A stretch of DNA of 64,000 bases from an uncultured Gemmataceae bacterium (GTDB lineage: Bacteria > Planctomycetota > Planctomycetia > Gemmatales > Gemmataceae): contig CAVVPN010000003.1 in assembly GCA_963750165.1 (NCBI GenBank), positions 2,752,001 to 2,816,000 on the forward strand. The letters are read 5' to 3'. Below the pieces are notes generated by a model. It was not told the origin of the DNA. It saw only the letters and a program-made list of their open reading frames with translations, and did no database searches. Below are positions 21,642 through 30,415 of the stretch, one piece after another; within the stretch, counting starts at the first letter, position 1, and every line of letters begins with the position of its first letter. The position numbers were made by a program, and so were the translations under genes.

Positions 21642-22616
21642 ATGTCGATGTCACTGCTGACGCTGACCTGTCTACTGCTGGTGCAGGCGCCCGCCAGCGA
21701 CCTCAAGCAGCGCGAGCGGCATCCGCTGGCGCCGAGCCTGCCGCTGCTCACCGCGAAGGAATACGAGGCCATCGACCGCGTGATCGACCGTCTCATCGCC
21801 GCCGACACCGGCAAGCTCAAGGGCGCCCAGGCGGCTCAGGCGCTCAAGGACTTTGCGGCCCTGGGGCCGGAGGCCATCCCCAGTCTGATCGAGGGCCTCA
21901 ACCACGCCGCAAACCTGCAGGACAGCTGCCCGGCGGTGCTCATCGCCAAGAAGCTCAGCCTGCTGCTGCGCGGCACCAAGGACATGCAGTTGCTGGACTA
22001 TGCGCGTGAGAACATCGGCAGTGGCGTGACGGCGAAGCGGCACACGGTGGTGCTGAAAGATCTCAAGGTGGCGTGCATGCTGCGCAAGTCGGCGCTGCAG
22101 ACGGCGGCGCTGAAGGAGAAGGGCGGGCTGGGCGGCCAGAAGCAGACGCAGCGCATGTCCACGGTGGAGCTACTGGCGGCGGCGGGCGCGGATCGCGGGC
22201 CGCGGTTGCAGGCGGTGCTGACGGAACTGGAGAAGCGGAGCGATCCGAAGGTGCTGCCGACACTGGCGCTGGCCGCAACCAGTTCCGAGGAGGAGACGAA
22301 AAAGCTGGGCCAAACCCTGCTGATCCGCCACCTCGGTCGGTGGAAAAGCGACGCCGTCAAGAAGCGCCTGGCAGATGAGAACAGTGCGGTTCGTGCCGCG
22401 GCGGCGAAGGTGGCCGGCCTCAAGAGCTATCGCATGCAGAATCAGCTGATGGATTTGTTGACCGACGACGACCTGGACGTGCGGCAGGCGGCGCGGCAGG
22501 CGCTGGTGCAGCTGAGCAAGGGCCAGGATTTCGGTCCGGCGCGGGACGCCACGGCCGAGGCGGTGAGCGAGGCACGGCGGCAGTGGCAGGCGTGCTGGGA
22601 CAAACAGAAGAAGTAG
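21642..22616 (+). CDS. Secreted HEAT-repeat protein; Cys-containing paralog of 37402-39624
   Basis: Signal peptide; LGPEAIPSLIEGLN..SCP; HEAT-like repeats; C-terminal LSKGQDFGP..W..W. Confidence 0.8.
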   Translation: MSMSLLTLTCLLLVQAPASDLKQRERHPLAPSLPLLTAKEYEAIDRVIDRLIAADTGKLKGAQAAQALKDFAALGPEAIPSLIEGLNHAANLQDSCPAVLIAKKLSLLLRGTKDMQLLDYARENIGSGVTAKRHTVVLKDLKVACMLRKSALQTAALKEKGGLGGQKQTQRMSTVELLAAAGADRGPRLQAVLTELEKRSDPKVLPTLALAATSSEEETKKLGQTLLIRHLGRWKSDAVKKRLADENSAVRAAAAKVAGLKSYRMQNQLMDLLTDDDLDVRQAARQALVQLSKGQDFGPARDATAEAVSEARRQWQACWDKQKK

Positions 22617-22632
22617 CTGCACCTGGGTGCTC

Positions 22633-23628
22633 ATGACACCGGTAGTGATGATCGCGGGCGACGGCATCGGCCCCGAGGTGATGGCGGCGACGCGGACCGT
22701 GGTCGGCGCCGCCGGCGCTCGCATCGACTGGGTGGAGGCGCACGCCGGCCTCGGTGCCGTGGAGCGCTACGGCGACCCGCTGCCGGCCGCCACGCTCGAA
22801 CTGATCCGCAAACACCGTGTCGCCCTCAAGGGCCCGTGTACCACCCCCATCGGTAAGGGTTACCGTTCCATCAACGTCCGGCTGCGGCAGGGCCTCGAAC
22901 TGTACGCCAGCGTGCGGCCGGTGCGGACGCTGCCCGGCGTTCAGCTGCCGTACAGCAACGTCAACCTCGTTGTGGTCCGCGAGAACACCGAGGGGCTGTA
23001 CTCCGGCCTCGAACACGTCGTCGTGCCGGGCGTCATCGAGAGTTTGCGGCTCATCACGAAGCACGCGGCGGAGCGGATCGTGCGCTTCGCCTTCGAGCTG
23101 GCCCGGCAGCAGGGTCGGCGGCGCGTGACCTTCTGCCACAAGGCGGACGTGTTGCCGCTGAGCGACGGCCTGTTTCTCGACACCGCCCGCGTCGTCGCGG
23201 ACGACTACCCTTTCCTGGAGTTCGAGGAACTGCACGTCGATACGCTGTGCCTGCAGCTGGCGCTGGACCCGACCGGGTTCGACGTGCTGGTGATGGAGAA
23301 TCTTTTTGGCGACGTAATCAGCGATCTGTGCGCCGGCCTGGTGGGCGGTCTGGGGCTGGTGCCGGGCGCGAACATCGGCAGCCGCTACGCGGTGTTCGAG
23401 GCGGTGCATGGCAGCGCCCCGGACATCGCGGGTAAAGGGCTGGCGAACCCGATCGCGCTGGTGCGCTCGGCGGCGCTGCTGTTGGAGCACATTGGCCAGC
23501 TCGACGCGGGGCGGCGCATCGAGGCGTCGGTGGCGCGGACGCTGCAGACCGGCCGCGGCCTGACGCGCGACCTCGGCGGCGACGGCACCACCACGACGCT
23601 GACGCAGGAATTGATCGCAAATCTGTAA
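22633..23628 (+). CDS. NAD-dependent isocitrate/isopropylmalate dehydrogenase family, catalytic (alpha-like) subunit
   Basis: GDGIGPEV, TTP..RSINVRLR, RENTEGLY, NLFGDVISD, FEAVHGSAPDIAGKGLANP. Confidence 0.9.
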   Translation: MTPVVMIAGDGIGPEVMAATRTVVGAAGARIDWVEAHAGLGAVERYGDPLPAATLELIRKHRVALKGPCTTPIGKGYRSINVRLRQGLELYASVRPVRTLPGVQLPYSNVNLVVVRENTEGLYSGLEHVVVPGVIESLRLITKHAAERIVRFAFELARQQGRRRVTFCHKADVLPLSDGLFLDTARVVADDYPFLEFEELHVDTLCLQLALDPTGFDVLVMENLFGDVISDLCAGLVGGLGLVPGANIGSRYAVFEAVHGSAPDIAGKGLANPIALVRSAALLLEHIGQLDAGRRIEASVARTLQTGRGLTRDLGGDGTTTTLTQELIANL

Positions 23629-23631
23629 GAA

Positions 23632-23732
23632 TTAGCCACAGAGGACACAGCGGGCACAGAGAGAAAGAAAAGAGGAGGAGGAAGCAATTCTCTTTTTTTC
23701 CTCTCTGTGTCCTCTGTGTCCTCTGTGGCTAA
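23632..23732. repeat. Inverted-repeat element with 9-nt-period arms and purine/pyrimidine-skewed core
   Basis: TTAGCCACAGAGGACACAG...CTGTGTCCTCTGTGGCTAA. Confidence 0.8.
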
Positions 23733-23753
23733 ATTTGTTTTGGAGAATGCTCG

Positions 23754-24749
23754 ATGGCGCTGCGCGTGACGCTGGTACAGGGCGGCGGTGTGGGCCTGGA
23801 TCAGGCGCCGGCCGTCAAGCGCATCCTCCAGGCCGCGGGCGTGGACATTCAGTGGGACGAGTGCTTCGCCGGCAACGCCGCCGTCGAGGCCGGCCAGCCT
23901 GCGCTGTCGCCCGCACTGCTTGAGTCCGTTCGCCGAAACGGCCTGGCCCTCAAGACCAAGCTGCTCGTCGCGCCGCACAAGCAGGGCAACTACAACGTTC
24001 AGTTTCGCCGGGCGCTGGGCCTGTTCGCCTCGGTGCGGCCGCTCAAGAACCTCCGCGGTCTGACCGCCCGCTTCCAGAACGTCGATATTCTGGTGATCCG
24101 CGAGCTGACCGAGGATCTGTACACCTCCATTGAGCACGAAATTGTGCCGGGCGTCGTGCAGAGCATCAAGGTCGTCACCGAGGCCGCCTGCCGGCGCTTC
24201 TTCCAGTTTGCCTTCGAGTGGGCGTGCGCCGCCGGCCGCAAGACCATCCACTGCGTCCACAAGGCCAACATCCTCAAAATGGCCGACGGCCTCTTCCTGG
24301 AGGTCTTCCGCACCACCGCCAAAGACTTCCCCGAGCTGCAAACGCGCGAGATCATTGTGGACAACTGCTGCATGCAACTCGTGTCGAAGCCGCAGCAGTT
24401 CGACGTGATGGTGATGGGCAATCTGTACGGCGACCTGGTGAGCGATTTGGGGGCGGGCCTGGTCGGCGGCGTCAGCGCCACGGCGGGCATCAACGTTGGC
24501 GACGGCATTCGCGTTTACGAAACGTTCCACGGCGGCGACCGCGACATCATTGGCGTTGATCGCGCCAGCCCGCTGCCGCTGCTGCTGCCGGCCATCGACC
24601 TGCTCGAGGGCGTCGGCCAGAAGGAGACCGGTCAGCGCATCTGCAACGCGGTCGAGACGGTGCTGACGGCTGGAGCAGTGCGCACGCCCGACCTGGGCGG
24701 CACCGCCACCACCACCGCGTTCGCCGACGCCATCATCCAGGCTTTGTGA
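23754..24749 (+). CDS. Second IDH/IPMDH-family protein with degenerate NAD-binding motif (putative partner/regulatory subunit)
   Basis: HKANILK, IVDNCCMQLVSKPQQFDVMV, NLYGDLVSD retained; GDGIG is GGGVG, HGSAPDIAG is HGGDRDIIG. Confidence 0.85.
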   Translation: MALRVTLVQGGGVGLDQAPAVKRILQAAGVDIQWDECFAGNAAVEAGQPALSPALLESVRRNGLALKTKLLVAPHKQGNYNVQFRRALGLFASVRPLKNLRGLTARFQNVDILVIRELTEDLYTSIEHEIVPGVVQSIKVVTEAACRRFFQFAFEWACAAGRKTIHCVHKANILKMADGLFLEVFRTTAKDFPELQTREIIVDNCCMQLVSKPQQFDVMVMGNLYGDLVSDLGAGLVGGVSATAGINVGDGIRVYETFHGGDRDIIGVDRASPLPLLLPAIDLLEGVGQKETGQRICNAVETVLTAGAVRTPDLGGTATTTAFADAIIQAL

Positions 24750-24761
24750 TCGAAATGAATT

Positions 24762-24855
24762 CACCGCGGAGAACGCAGAGCGCGCGGAGAGAAGACAAAG
24801 AATGATGAATGAAACACTTTTTGTCTGTTCTCTGCGCGCTGCGTTCTCCGCGGTG
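24762..24855. repeat. Inverted-repeat element, same architecture as 23632-23732
   Basis: CACCGCGGAGAACGCAG...CTGCGTTCTCCGCGGTG between convergent genes. Confidence 0.75.
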
Positions 24856-24872
24856 CATTGTTTGTTGCGGGC

Positions 24873-25916
24873 TCACGCCTTGACGAGGTGACGGTCCAGC
24901 CACTCCAGCACCAGCTTGCGCATGGCCGGCGTCTCCTCGTGAGCGCAGTCGTACAACTCCACGCGGCAATCGCCCTTGCGACCGTAGCGGCCGTAGAGCG
25001 GCAGCAGGTGGTCGCGGACCTGCTCGACGCCGGCCGGCGGCGTCAGGGCGTCCTTGCGGCCGTTCAGGCTCAGCCGTGGCCGCGGCACGATCAGCTCGTT
25101 CATCTGCTGCGTCTGGAAGTGCTTGAGCAGCCGCGGCACGTAGTAATATGGGCCGTGGATCTCCAGCCGGCCCGTCCGTTCGTACGCCGCCCACTCGGTC
25201 AGGCAGCACAGGTCGATGCACAACTTGACACGCGGGTCCAGCGCCGCCAGCCACTGCGCCTTGGTCGAGCCCATTGACAGCCCCAGCGTGCCGACGCGGC
25301 GCGGGTCCACCTCCGGCCGCGACAGCAGGTACGTCAGCGCCTGCACCTCGTCGAACATCATCATGCCGAACAGCACCTGACCGTGCCAGAGCATCCGCTT
25401 GAACGTGTTCAACTCGCCGGTGTGGCCGTTCAGGTGGTGCTTGCGGCTGGAGAAACACCAGCTGTCGAAGGACAACGCGACGATGCCCTTCTCGGCGTAG
25501 ACCGGCGTGTAGGCCGGCATCACCTTGCGGCCCTGCAGCAACTCTTCCTTGCCGATGGTGTGGTCGCCGAAGTGGGCGTGGATGTGCAGCACCGCCGGCG
25601 CCGCCTTCGGCCGCTTCGCCGGCAGCAACAGATACGCGGGCGCCGCCTCAATGCCGTTGAGGTCCAGTTCCAGGACTTCGAGGTTGAAGTTGGCGTGCTT
25701 CTCGGTGCGGACCAGGCGGGCGGTCGGCTTGCGGCGCTCGGGCAGGTCACCGAGCAGGCCCCAGAGTTCCTTGCGGCGCCGCTCCTGAAAGGCGGTGAAC
25801 TCCTTGGGCGTCAGCGCCGGTTGCTGCGGCGCGGCGGGGGCGGCTGGGGTTGGGGCGTGGCCCGTCGAGGCGCCCGCCAGCGCGGCGGCGCCCTGCAAGA
25901 AGGTACGGCGGTGCAT
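24873..25916 (-). CDS. Tat-exported alpha/beta hydrolase (dienelactone hydrolase / acetyl-esterase-like)
   Basis: MHRRTFLQG twin-arginine signal; GLSMG nucleophile elbow; D.LTP, HEET. Confidence 0.85.
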   Translation of the reverse strand: MHRRTFLQGAAALAGASTGHAPTPAAPAAPQQPALTPKEFTAFQERRRKELWGLLGDLPERRKPTARLVRTEKHANFNLEVLELDLNGIEAAPAYLLLPAKRPKAAPAVLHIHAHFGDHTIGKEELLQGRKVMPAYTPVYAEKGIVALSFDSWCFSSRKHHLNGHTGELNTFKRMLWHGQVLFGMMMFDEVQALTYLLSRPEVDPRRVGTLGLSMGSTKAQWLAALDPRVKLCIDLCCLTEWAAYERTGRLEIHGPYYYVPRLLKHFQTQQMNELIVPRPRLSLNGRKDALTPPAGVEQVRDHLLPLYGRYGRKGDCRVELYDCAHEETPAMRKLVLEWLDRHLVKA

Positions 25917-25930
25917 CGGGGGAACCTCGG

Positions 25931-26449
25931 TTAGTCGCTCTGGGTGTGCTGGCCGACGTCCGGCGGCGCCGCCTCGGCGCGGGTCAGGAACACCAGCTGG
26001 CGGTTGCACATGCGGATCTCATCGCCAGGCTTGAGCCGGGTGGGACCGTTGATCTTCTGACCGTTGAGGAAGGTGCCGTTCTTGGAAGCGATGTCGTGCA
26101 GCTCACAGTGGTCGCCCGTCAGGTGGACCAGCACAGCACAGTGGCGGCGCGAAACGTAAGCGTCCTGGAGCACAACGTCATTGTCGGGCATGCGGCCGAT
26201 GGTGTTCAGGCCGACCTTGAGCGGGTAAACGTACTCGGCGTCCATCAAAACGAAGCGGGCCAGGGGGGCGTCGCCGCCGCCCTGCTTCTGAATGGCGGTC
26301 GGACTGCCGCCGGCCAGCGCTGCGAGGTGATGCTGCTCCGCCGCGATGGTTTCGCCGCCCCGGGCGTGCAACAACTGGTCGCGCGCGGCCCGGAACTCCT
26401 GCCGTCGTGGCGATTCCAGATGCACACTGTTCAAACGCGCGTCCGACAT
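25931..26449 (-). CDS. FHA domain protein
   Basis: TIGR.PDND, VSRRH, SKNGTFLNG, LKPGDEI. Confidence 0.9.
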   Translation of the reverse strand: MSDARLNSVHLESPRRQEFRAARDQLLHARGGETIAAEQHHLAALAGGSPTAIQKQGGGDAPLARFVLMDAEYVYPLKVGLNTIGRMPDNDVVLQDAYVSRRHCAVLVHLTGDHCELHDIASKNGTFLNGQKINGPTRLKPGDEIRMCNRQLVFLTRAEAAPPDVGQHTQSD

Positions 26450-26572
26450 CACGGCACCACGCAACCACCTGCGGGCGCTCGCTCCTGGGTCAGCAAGGCG
26501 GTTGGAAGGGAGGGTGCAATTAACACACTTTCTAATGGTAACGCACCCCGCGGTTGAGTCAAGTAAATCCTT

Positions 26573-27700
26573 TCAGGGAACGACGTAAAAATTGCCGTCG
26601 GCGCCAAGAATGGCAGTCGGCCGATTCTGGCCCGTCTGCGGCCCAGCGACGCCGCGCTCGGTGGTCGGCGTGCCGTCCGCGCGGTAGACCGCCCAGCGCA
26701 CCTGGCCGCCTTCCGCCCACACCAGCAGCACCTGGCCCTTGATGTTGGGCAGCGCCAGCGGGAAGGACTGCCTGGCTGTCCCCTGGTCCGGCGTGGTGAT
26801 CGACTTGCCCGCGAAGGTGGCGCCGCCATCGGTCGAGAACTTCCAGTACGCGCGGTTGCGGCTCATCCAGCTGACCGTGACGCGGCCCTTGCCATCGACG
26901 TTCAGCGGGATGCCCTGCATGGGACAGTTGGCCGCCCACTTGTCCTCGCTGACGCGGACGCACTTGAAGTTGTTCTCGGTGCCCTTGCCGCGCAGCAGCC
27001 ACGGGTCGCGCAGCCCCTTGTAGCCGCCGCGGAAGGCGATGTACAGTTCGCCGCCGGGGGCCACGCGCGCTTCCAGCCGGCAGCAACCGCACGCGGCGCC
27101 GCTGGCGGGGTGATCGCTTTTGAGCAGCTCGTTTTTGCTGAAGGTCGCGCCGTTGTCGGTCGAGCGCACCCAGATGATTGGCGAAGCGACCTCGCTCTCG
27201 GGGTCGCGCAGGAAGCCAGGGAAGCCGCCGGTCCACAGGACGTAAACATTGCCGCGGCCGTCGGCGGCCAGAGCGGCGTTGTCCAGGCCGTACTGCGGCT
27301 CCTCCAGACGGCGCGGCGGTGCGAACGTGCGGCCGCCGTCGGTGCTGCGCGTGTAATAGACGCCGCCGCCCTTCTTGTAAAAGCCGTGCCAGATGACGTG
27401 AATCGCGCCGTCCTTGCCCAGCGCCAACCGCGGGCCGCGCTCCATGCCGCAGGTGACGGTGTCGGCGTCGGGGTTCAGCTTGACGGGCTTGCTGAAGGTC
27501 TTGCCGCCGTCCCGCGACTGGACGTAAAAGGCGTTGCCGGGCTGGCCGGTGCCGTAGGTCAGGTGCAGGGTGCCGCGGGCGTCCACGGCCACGTCGGGCA
27601 CCTGACCGCGGTTGGGGGCACGCACGACGCGCACGTCGGCGCGGGCGAGGGCCGGTAGCCAGGCGGCGGCGAGCAGGGTCAGGACAAGGGTGCGAGGCAT
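26573..27700 (-). CDS. Secreted BNR/Asp-box (sialidase-fold) protein with Cys motifs
   Basis: Signal peptide; four S.D.G.TF Asp-boxes; CGCCR and NCPMQG motifs. Confidence 0.8.
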   Translation of the reverse strand: MPRTLVLTLLAAAWLPALARADVRVVRAPNRGQVPDVAVDARGTLHLTYGTGQPGNAFYVQSRDGGKTFSKPVKLNPDADTVTCGMERGPRLALGKDGAIHVIWHGFYKKGGGVYYTRSTDGGRTFAPPRRLEEPQYGLDNAALAADGRGNVYVLWTGGFPGFLRDPESEVASPIIWVRSTDNGATFSKNELLKSDHPASGAACGCCRLEARVAPGGELYIAFRGGYKGLRDPWLLRGKGTENNFKCVRVSEDKWAANCPMQGIPLNVDGKGRVTVSWMSRNRAYWKFSTDGGATFAGKSITTPDQGTARQSFPLALPNIKGQVLLVWAEGGQVRWAVYRADGTPTTERGVAGPQTGQNRPTAILGADGNFYVVP

Positions 27701-27876
27701 GTCGATCTCCGGGAGAAGGCGGTGGCGGGCTGGCGATTCGGGTCGTCCTTGTTTCAGCATTATAACGCACCGGCGCGCCGTTCGTCTCCTGGTAAATGAG
27801 TGGCGGTGGCGCTGCACGACCAGTGGCGGCCCGGGTACAATGACTCCGCCCAGCTGGACCAACGACCGGAGTGCCG

Positions 27877-28137
27877 GTGAGCGAAGCGCGACCATTTCAC
27901 CGCCTGTTCGGCCTGTCCTGGATCGACTTTTTCCAGGGCACGACTGTCACCGTGGAAACCGAGAAGGATCTGTCGCTCAGGCGGCAGCTCGTCGATCTGG
28001 TGATCCTCCACAAGGGCCCCCGGCCGATCCCGCGGCGGCTGCCGGACGGCTTCGAGGACCTGGCGATGCACAACCTGGTGACGTTCAAATCCTTCCAGGA
28101 GGCGCTCGACGCCTGGGCGCTGCTCGAACTGGAGCAG
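27877..28137 (+). pseudogene. 5' remnant of a conserved hypothetical (Rpn/PD-(D/E)XK-like) gene, truncated by a repeat element
   Basis: HRLFGLSWIDFF..EKDLSLRRQLVDLVI..HNLVTFKS.QEALDAWALLEL, then abrupt switch into sequence repeated at 46.4-46.6 kb. Confidence 0.6.
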
Positions 28138-28300
28138 TTCACAGTCGCGTGGACCACGAATGGCAGGCCGGCGCTGGCAGGGCGCCGAATCTCGACATGC
28201 AAAAAAGTTGGCGTTCTTGGCGTTCTTGGCGTCCTTGCTGTGGCATTGCAGGCCGCTGAAGGTCAGGCCCTGCCCGCCGTCTCACCCGTGCGCGATCCGC
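28138..28300 (+). repeat. ~165-bp dispersed element, single-core copy
   Basis: Aligns along its length with reverse complement of 46358-46630; core GGCGCCG..TCTCGAC...AAAAAGTTGGCGTTCTTGGCGTTCTTGGCGTCCTTGCTGTGGCA. Confidence 0.8.
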
Positions 28301-28396
28301 GTGCGAACCGCGCTAATCGGCCACTACGTCTCAAGACCAACGGCTCGTCCGACAAGCCGCAGTGAACGCGGGCTCCAGGCGCTGGTCGTCGGCTCA

Positions 28397-28532
28397 GTGA
28401 CTATCCCATATGCAAACTGTTGTTCACCTGTATGGCCGCTCAGGCAACTCCGTTAGGGGCGATTTTCCTTGAGATTTTCAGCCCTTGTGTTAGTGGCTAA
28501 TGTGAACGCTTGTCCGTATATGGGATAGTCAC
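28397..28532. mobile_element. MITE-like element, 136 bp
   Basis: Perfect 15-bp terminal inverted repeats GTGACTATCCCATAT, a shared GTTCAC 10 nt further in, TCA on both flanks, AT-richer interior. Confidence 0.7.
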
Positions 28533-29257
28533 TCACTCCGCCGGCGTGTCCGGTTGCACGTGGTCGTCGTCGTCGCGCCGGCGCCGTTCGCCAGACGGCC
28601 GGTGGTGACGGTCGCCCCATTTGTCCAGCGCCCCTCGACGCGCGGCAGTGGCCGGTCACCGCGCGGCAGCGAACGGTCGAGTTGCGCTTGCTGCCAGGCC
28701 TCCGGCGTCAGCGCGTCTGCCGGCAACCGCCGCGCACACTCCGCCACGAAGCGCGCCGCCCCCGGCACCAGCTTGTGGACGCGGAACTTGTAGCCGTCAA
28801 TCGCGTGCAGCACATACCACGCGTTCCCGAGGCTGTACGACACCTCTTCCAGCTCGTCCCAGGCGACGTACTCGGTGCCGCGCCACGGCGAGCGGCACGC
28901 CAACCCTTCATCGTCCGCGACCAGCCGGAAGCGCAGCGACTCCCACAGCAGCGGCGCGGCCAGAAAGGCGAACAGCGCGTAAATGCCGATGATGGCCGCC
29001 ACGTCGCCGTTGTCCTTCGGCGGCTGGAAGAACATCAGCACGGTGATGCCGAGCGGGATGACGAACGCCGAGAAAATGGCGAAGCCGCGCGTCCACCAGC
29101 TGTGTTTCAGGACCATCGCCCCTGGCGCGTCCTCCGCCGGCAGCCGGCCGAGCATGGCCAACCACGCCATCAGGCCGAAGCCGCCGAGCACCGCCACGGG
29201 GATGAGAAAGAGTAAACCCCAGTCCACAACGCACCCAACCTTTGCTTGAGCCGCCAC
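28529..29257 (-). CDS. Membrane protein with bacterial PH-like C-terminal region; start and C-terminus uncertain
   Basis: Three TM segments then DDEGLACRSPWRG...VAWDELEEV; stop lies inside the MITE end. Confidence 0.6.
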   Translation of the reverse strand: MAAQAKVGCVVDWGLLFLIPVAVLGGFGLMAWLAMLGRLPAEDAPGAMVLKHSWWTRGFAIFSAFVIPLGITVLMFFQPPKDNGDVAAIIGIYALFAFLAAPLLWESLRFRLVADDEGLACRSPWRGTEYVAWDELEEVSYSLGNAWYVLHAIDGYKFRVHKLVPGAARFVAECARRLPADALTPEAWQQAQLDRSLPRGDRPLPRVEGRWTNGATVTTGRLANGAGATTTTTCNRTRRRSE

Positions 29258-29378
29258 GGGATGGCGTCAGTGTAGCGGGTCGCCGGAACCCCTGGCCAGA
29301 CGAACCCAGTATAAAGAATAATACAGGCCCTGCTATGGTTCCGCGGGGCAACGTCGGTCGGGAGGAGGGGGGCCCCCC

Positions 29379-30170
29379 ATGAACGCAGTGAAACTCGGCG
29401 TTAACCTGGAGTCCTTCGGCATGCCGTTGCGCCGCGCCCTGGCCGCGGCGCAGCAGCTGAGCGTGATCGGCGTGCAGATCGACGCGGCCGGCGACCTGGC
29501 GCCGCAGCGCCTGACGCAGACCGGCCGGCGCGAGTTCCGGAACCTGCTGCGCGCCCACAACCTCGAACTGACCGCCCTGAACTGCCCGCTGCGCCGCGGC
29601 CTCGACGTGGCCGAGAACCAGGAGGGGCGCATCGATCACGTCAAGAACGTCCTGTCGCTGGCCTTCGACCTGGGGCCGCGCATCGCCATCGTCCAGGCAG
29701 GCCGCGTGCCGGACGCCGAGGCGCTGGACGACCCGCGCGGCCGGCTGCTGACCGAAGCGCTCCAGACCCTGGGCGCCCACGGCGACCGCACCGGCACCAC
29801 GCTGGCGCTGGAAACGGGCCTGGAATCCGGTGAGGCACTGGCGGCCTACCTGAAGCGCTTCGACACCGGCGGCCTGGGTGTCAACTACGACCCGGCGAAC
29901 CTGCTGCTGAACGGCTTCGAGCCGTTCGCCGCCGCCCGGGCGCTGCGCGGCCGCATCAACCACGCCCACGCCCATGACGCCAGCCAGGCGCGCGCCAACC
30001 GTGCCGCCCAGGAGGTGCCGCTCGGCCACGGCGACCTCGACTGGTTGGCGCTGTTTGGGCTCTTCGAGGAGATCGAGTACCACGGTTGGCTGGTCGTCGA
30101 GCGCGAGGGCGGCACGGATCGGGCGCAGGACGTGGCGGCTGGCGTGGCGTTCCTGCGGCGTGTGATGTGA
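29379..30170 (+). CDS. Sugar phosphate isomerase/epimerase (xylose isomerase-like TIM barrel)
   Basis: LALETG, NYDPAN, HAHAHD, EVPLGHGDLDW, YHGWLVVERE. Confidence 0.88.
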   Translation: MNAVKLGVNLESFGMPLRRALAAAQQLSVIGVQIDAAGDLAPQRLTQTGRREFRNLLRAHNLELTALNCPLRRGLDVAENQEGRIDHVKNVLSLAFDLGPRIAIVQAGRVPDAEALDDPRGRLLTEALQTLGAHGDRTGTTLALETGLESGEALAAYLKRFDTGGLGVNYDPANLLLNGFEPFAAARALRGRINHAHAHDASQARANRAAQEVPLGHGDLDWLALFGLFEEIEYHGWLVVEREGGTDRAQDVAAGVAFLRRVM

Positions 30171-30192
30171 GGGCCGGTGCTTCGGGAAAGCG

Positions 30193-30399
30193 CTACAAGG
30201 GCGGCTCAGGCTGCCGTGGCGGCCGCACACGCGACACCTCAATGAGCAGCATCCACGTCAGCCGTGGTGGGTCATTGCGTGCCAGGCAGTCGCACTGGCG
30301 GTGAACGACTTCGCCGCCGGTGAATTCGCGACGGTCGCACACCGGGCAGCGCCACTCGCGCCGGACCTGATGCCGTAAGCGGCCCTGGGGCCCTTTCAT
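30193..30399 (-). CDS. Small Zn-ribbon protein (68 aa)
   Basis: GGAGG RBS; W.CPVC..(14)..CDC; directly downstream of a co-oriented gene. Confidence 0.6.
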   Translation of the reverse strand: MKGPQGRLRHQVRREWRCPVCDRREFTGGEVVHRQCDCLARNDPPRLTWMLLIEVSRVRPPRQPEPPL

Positions 30400-30415
30400 G
30401 GCCGTCCTCCCCACC

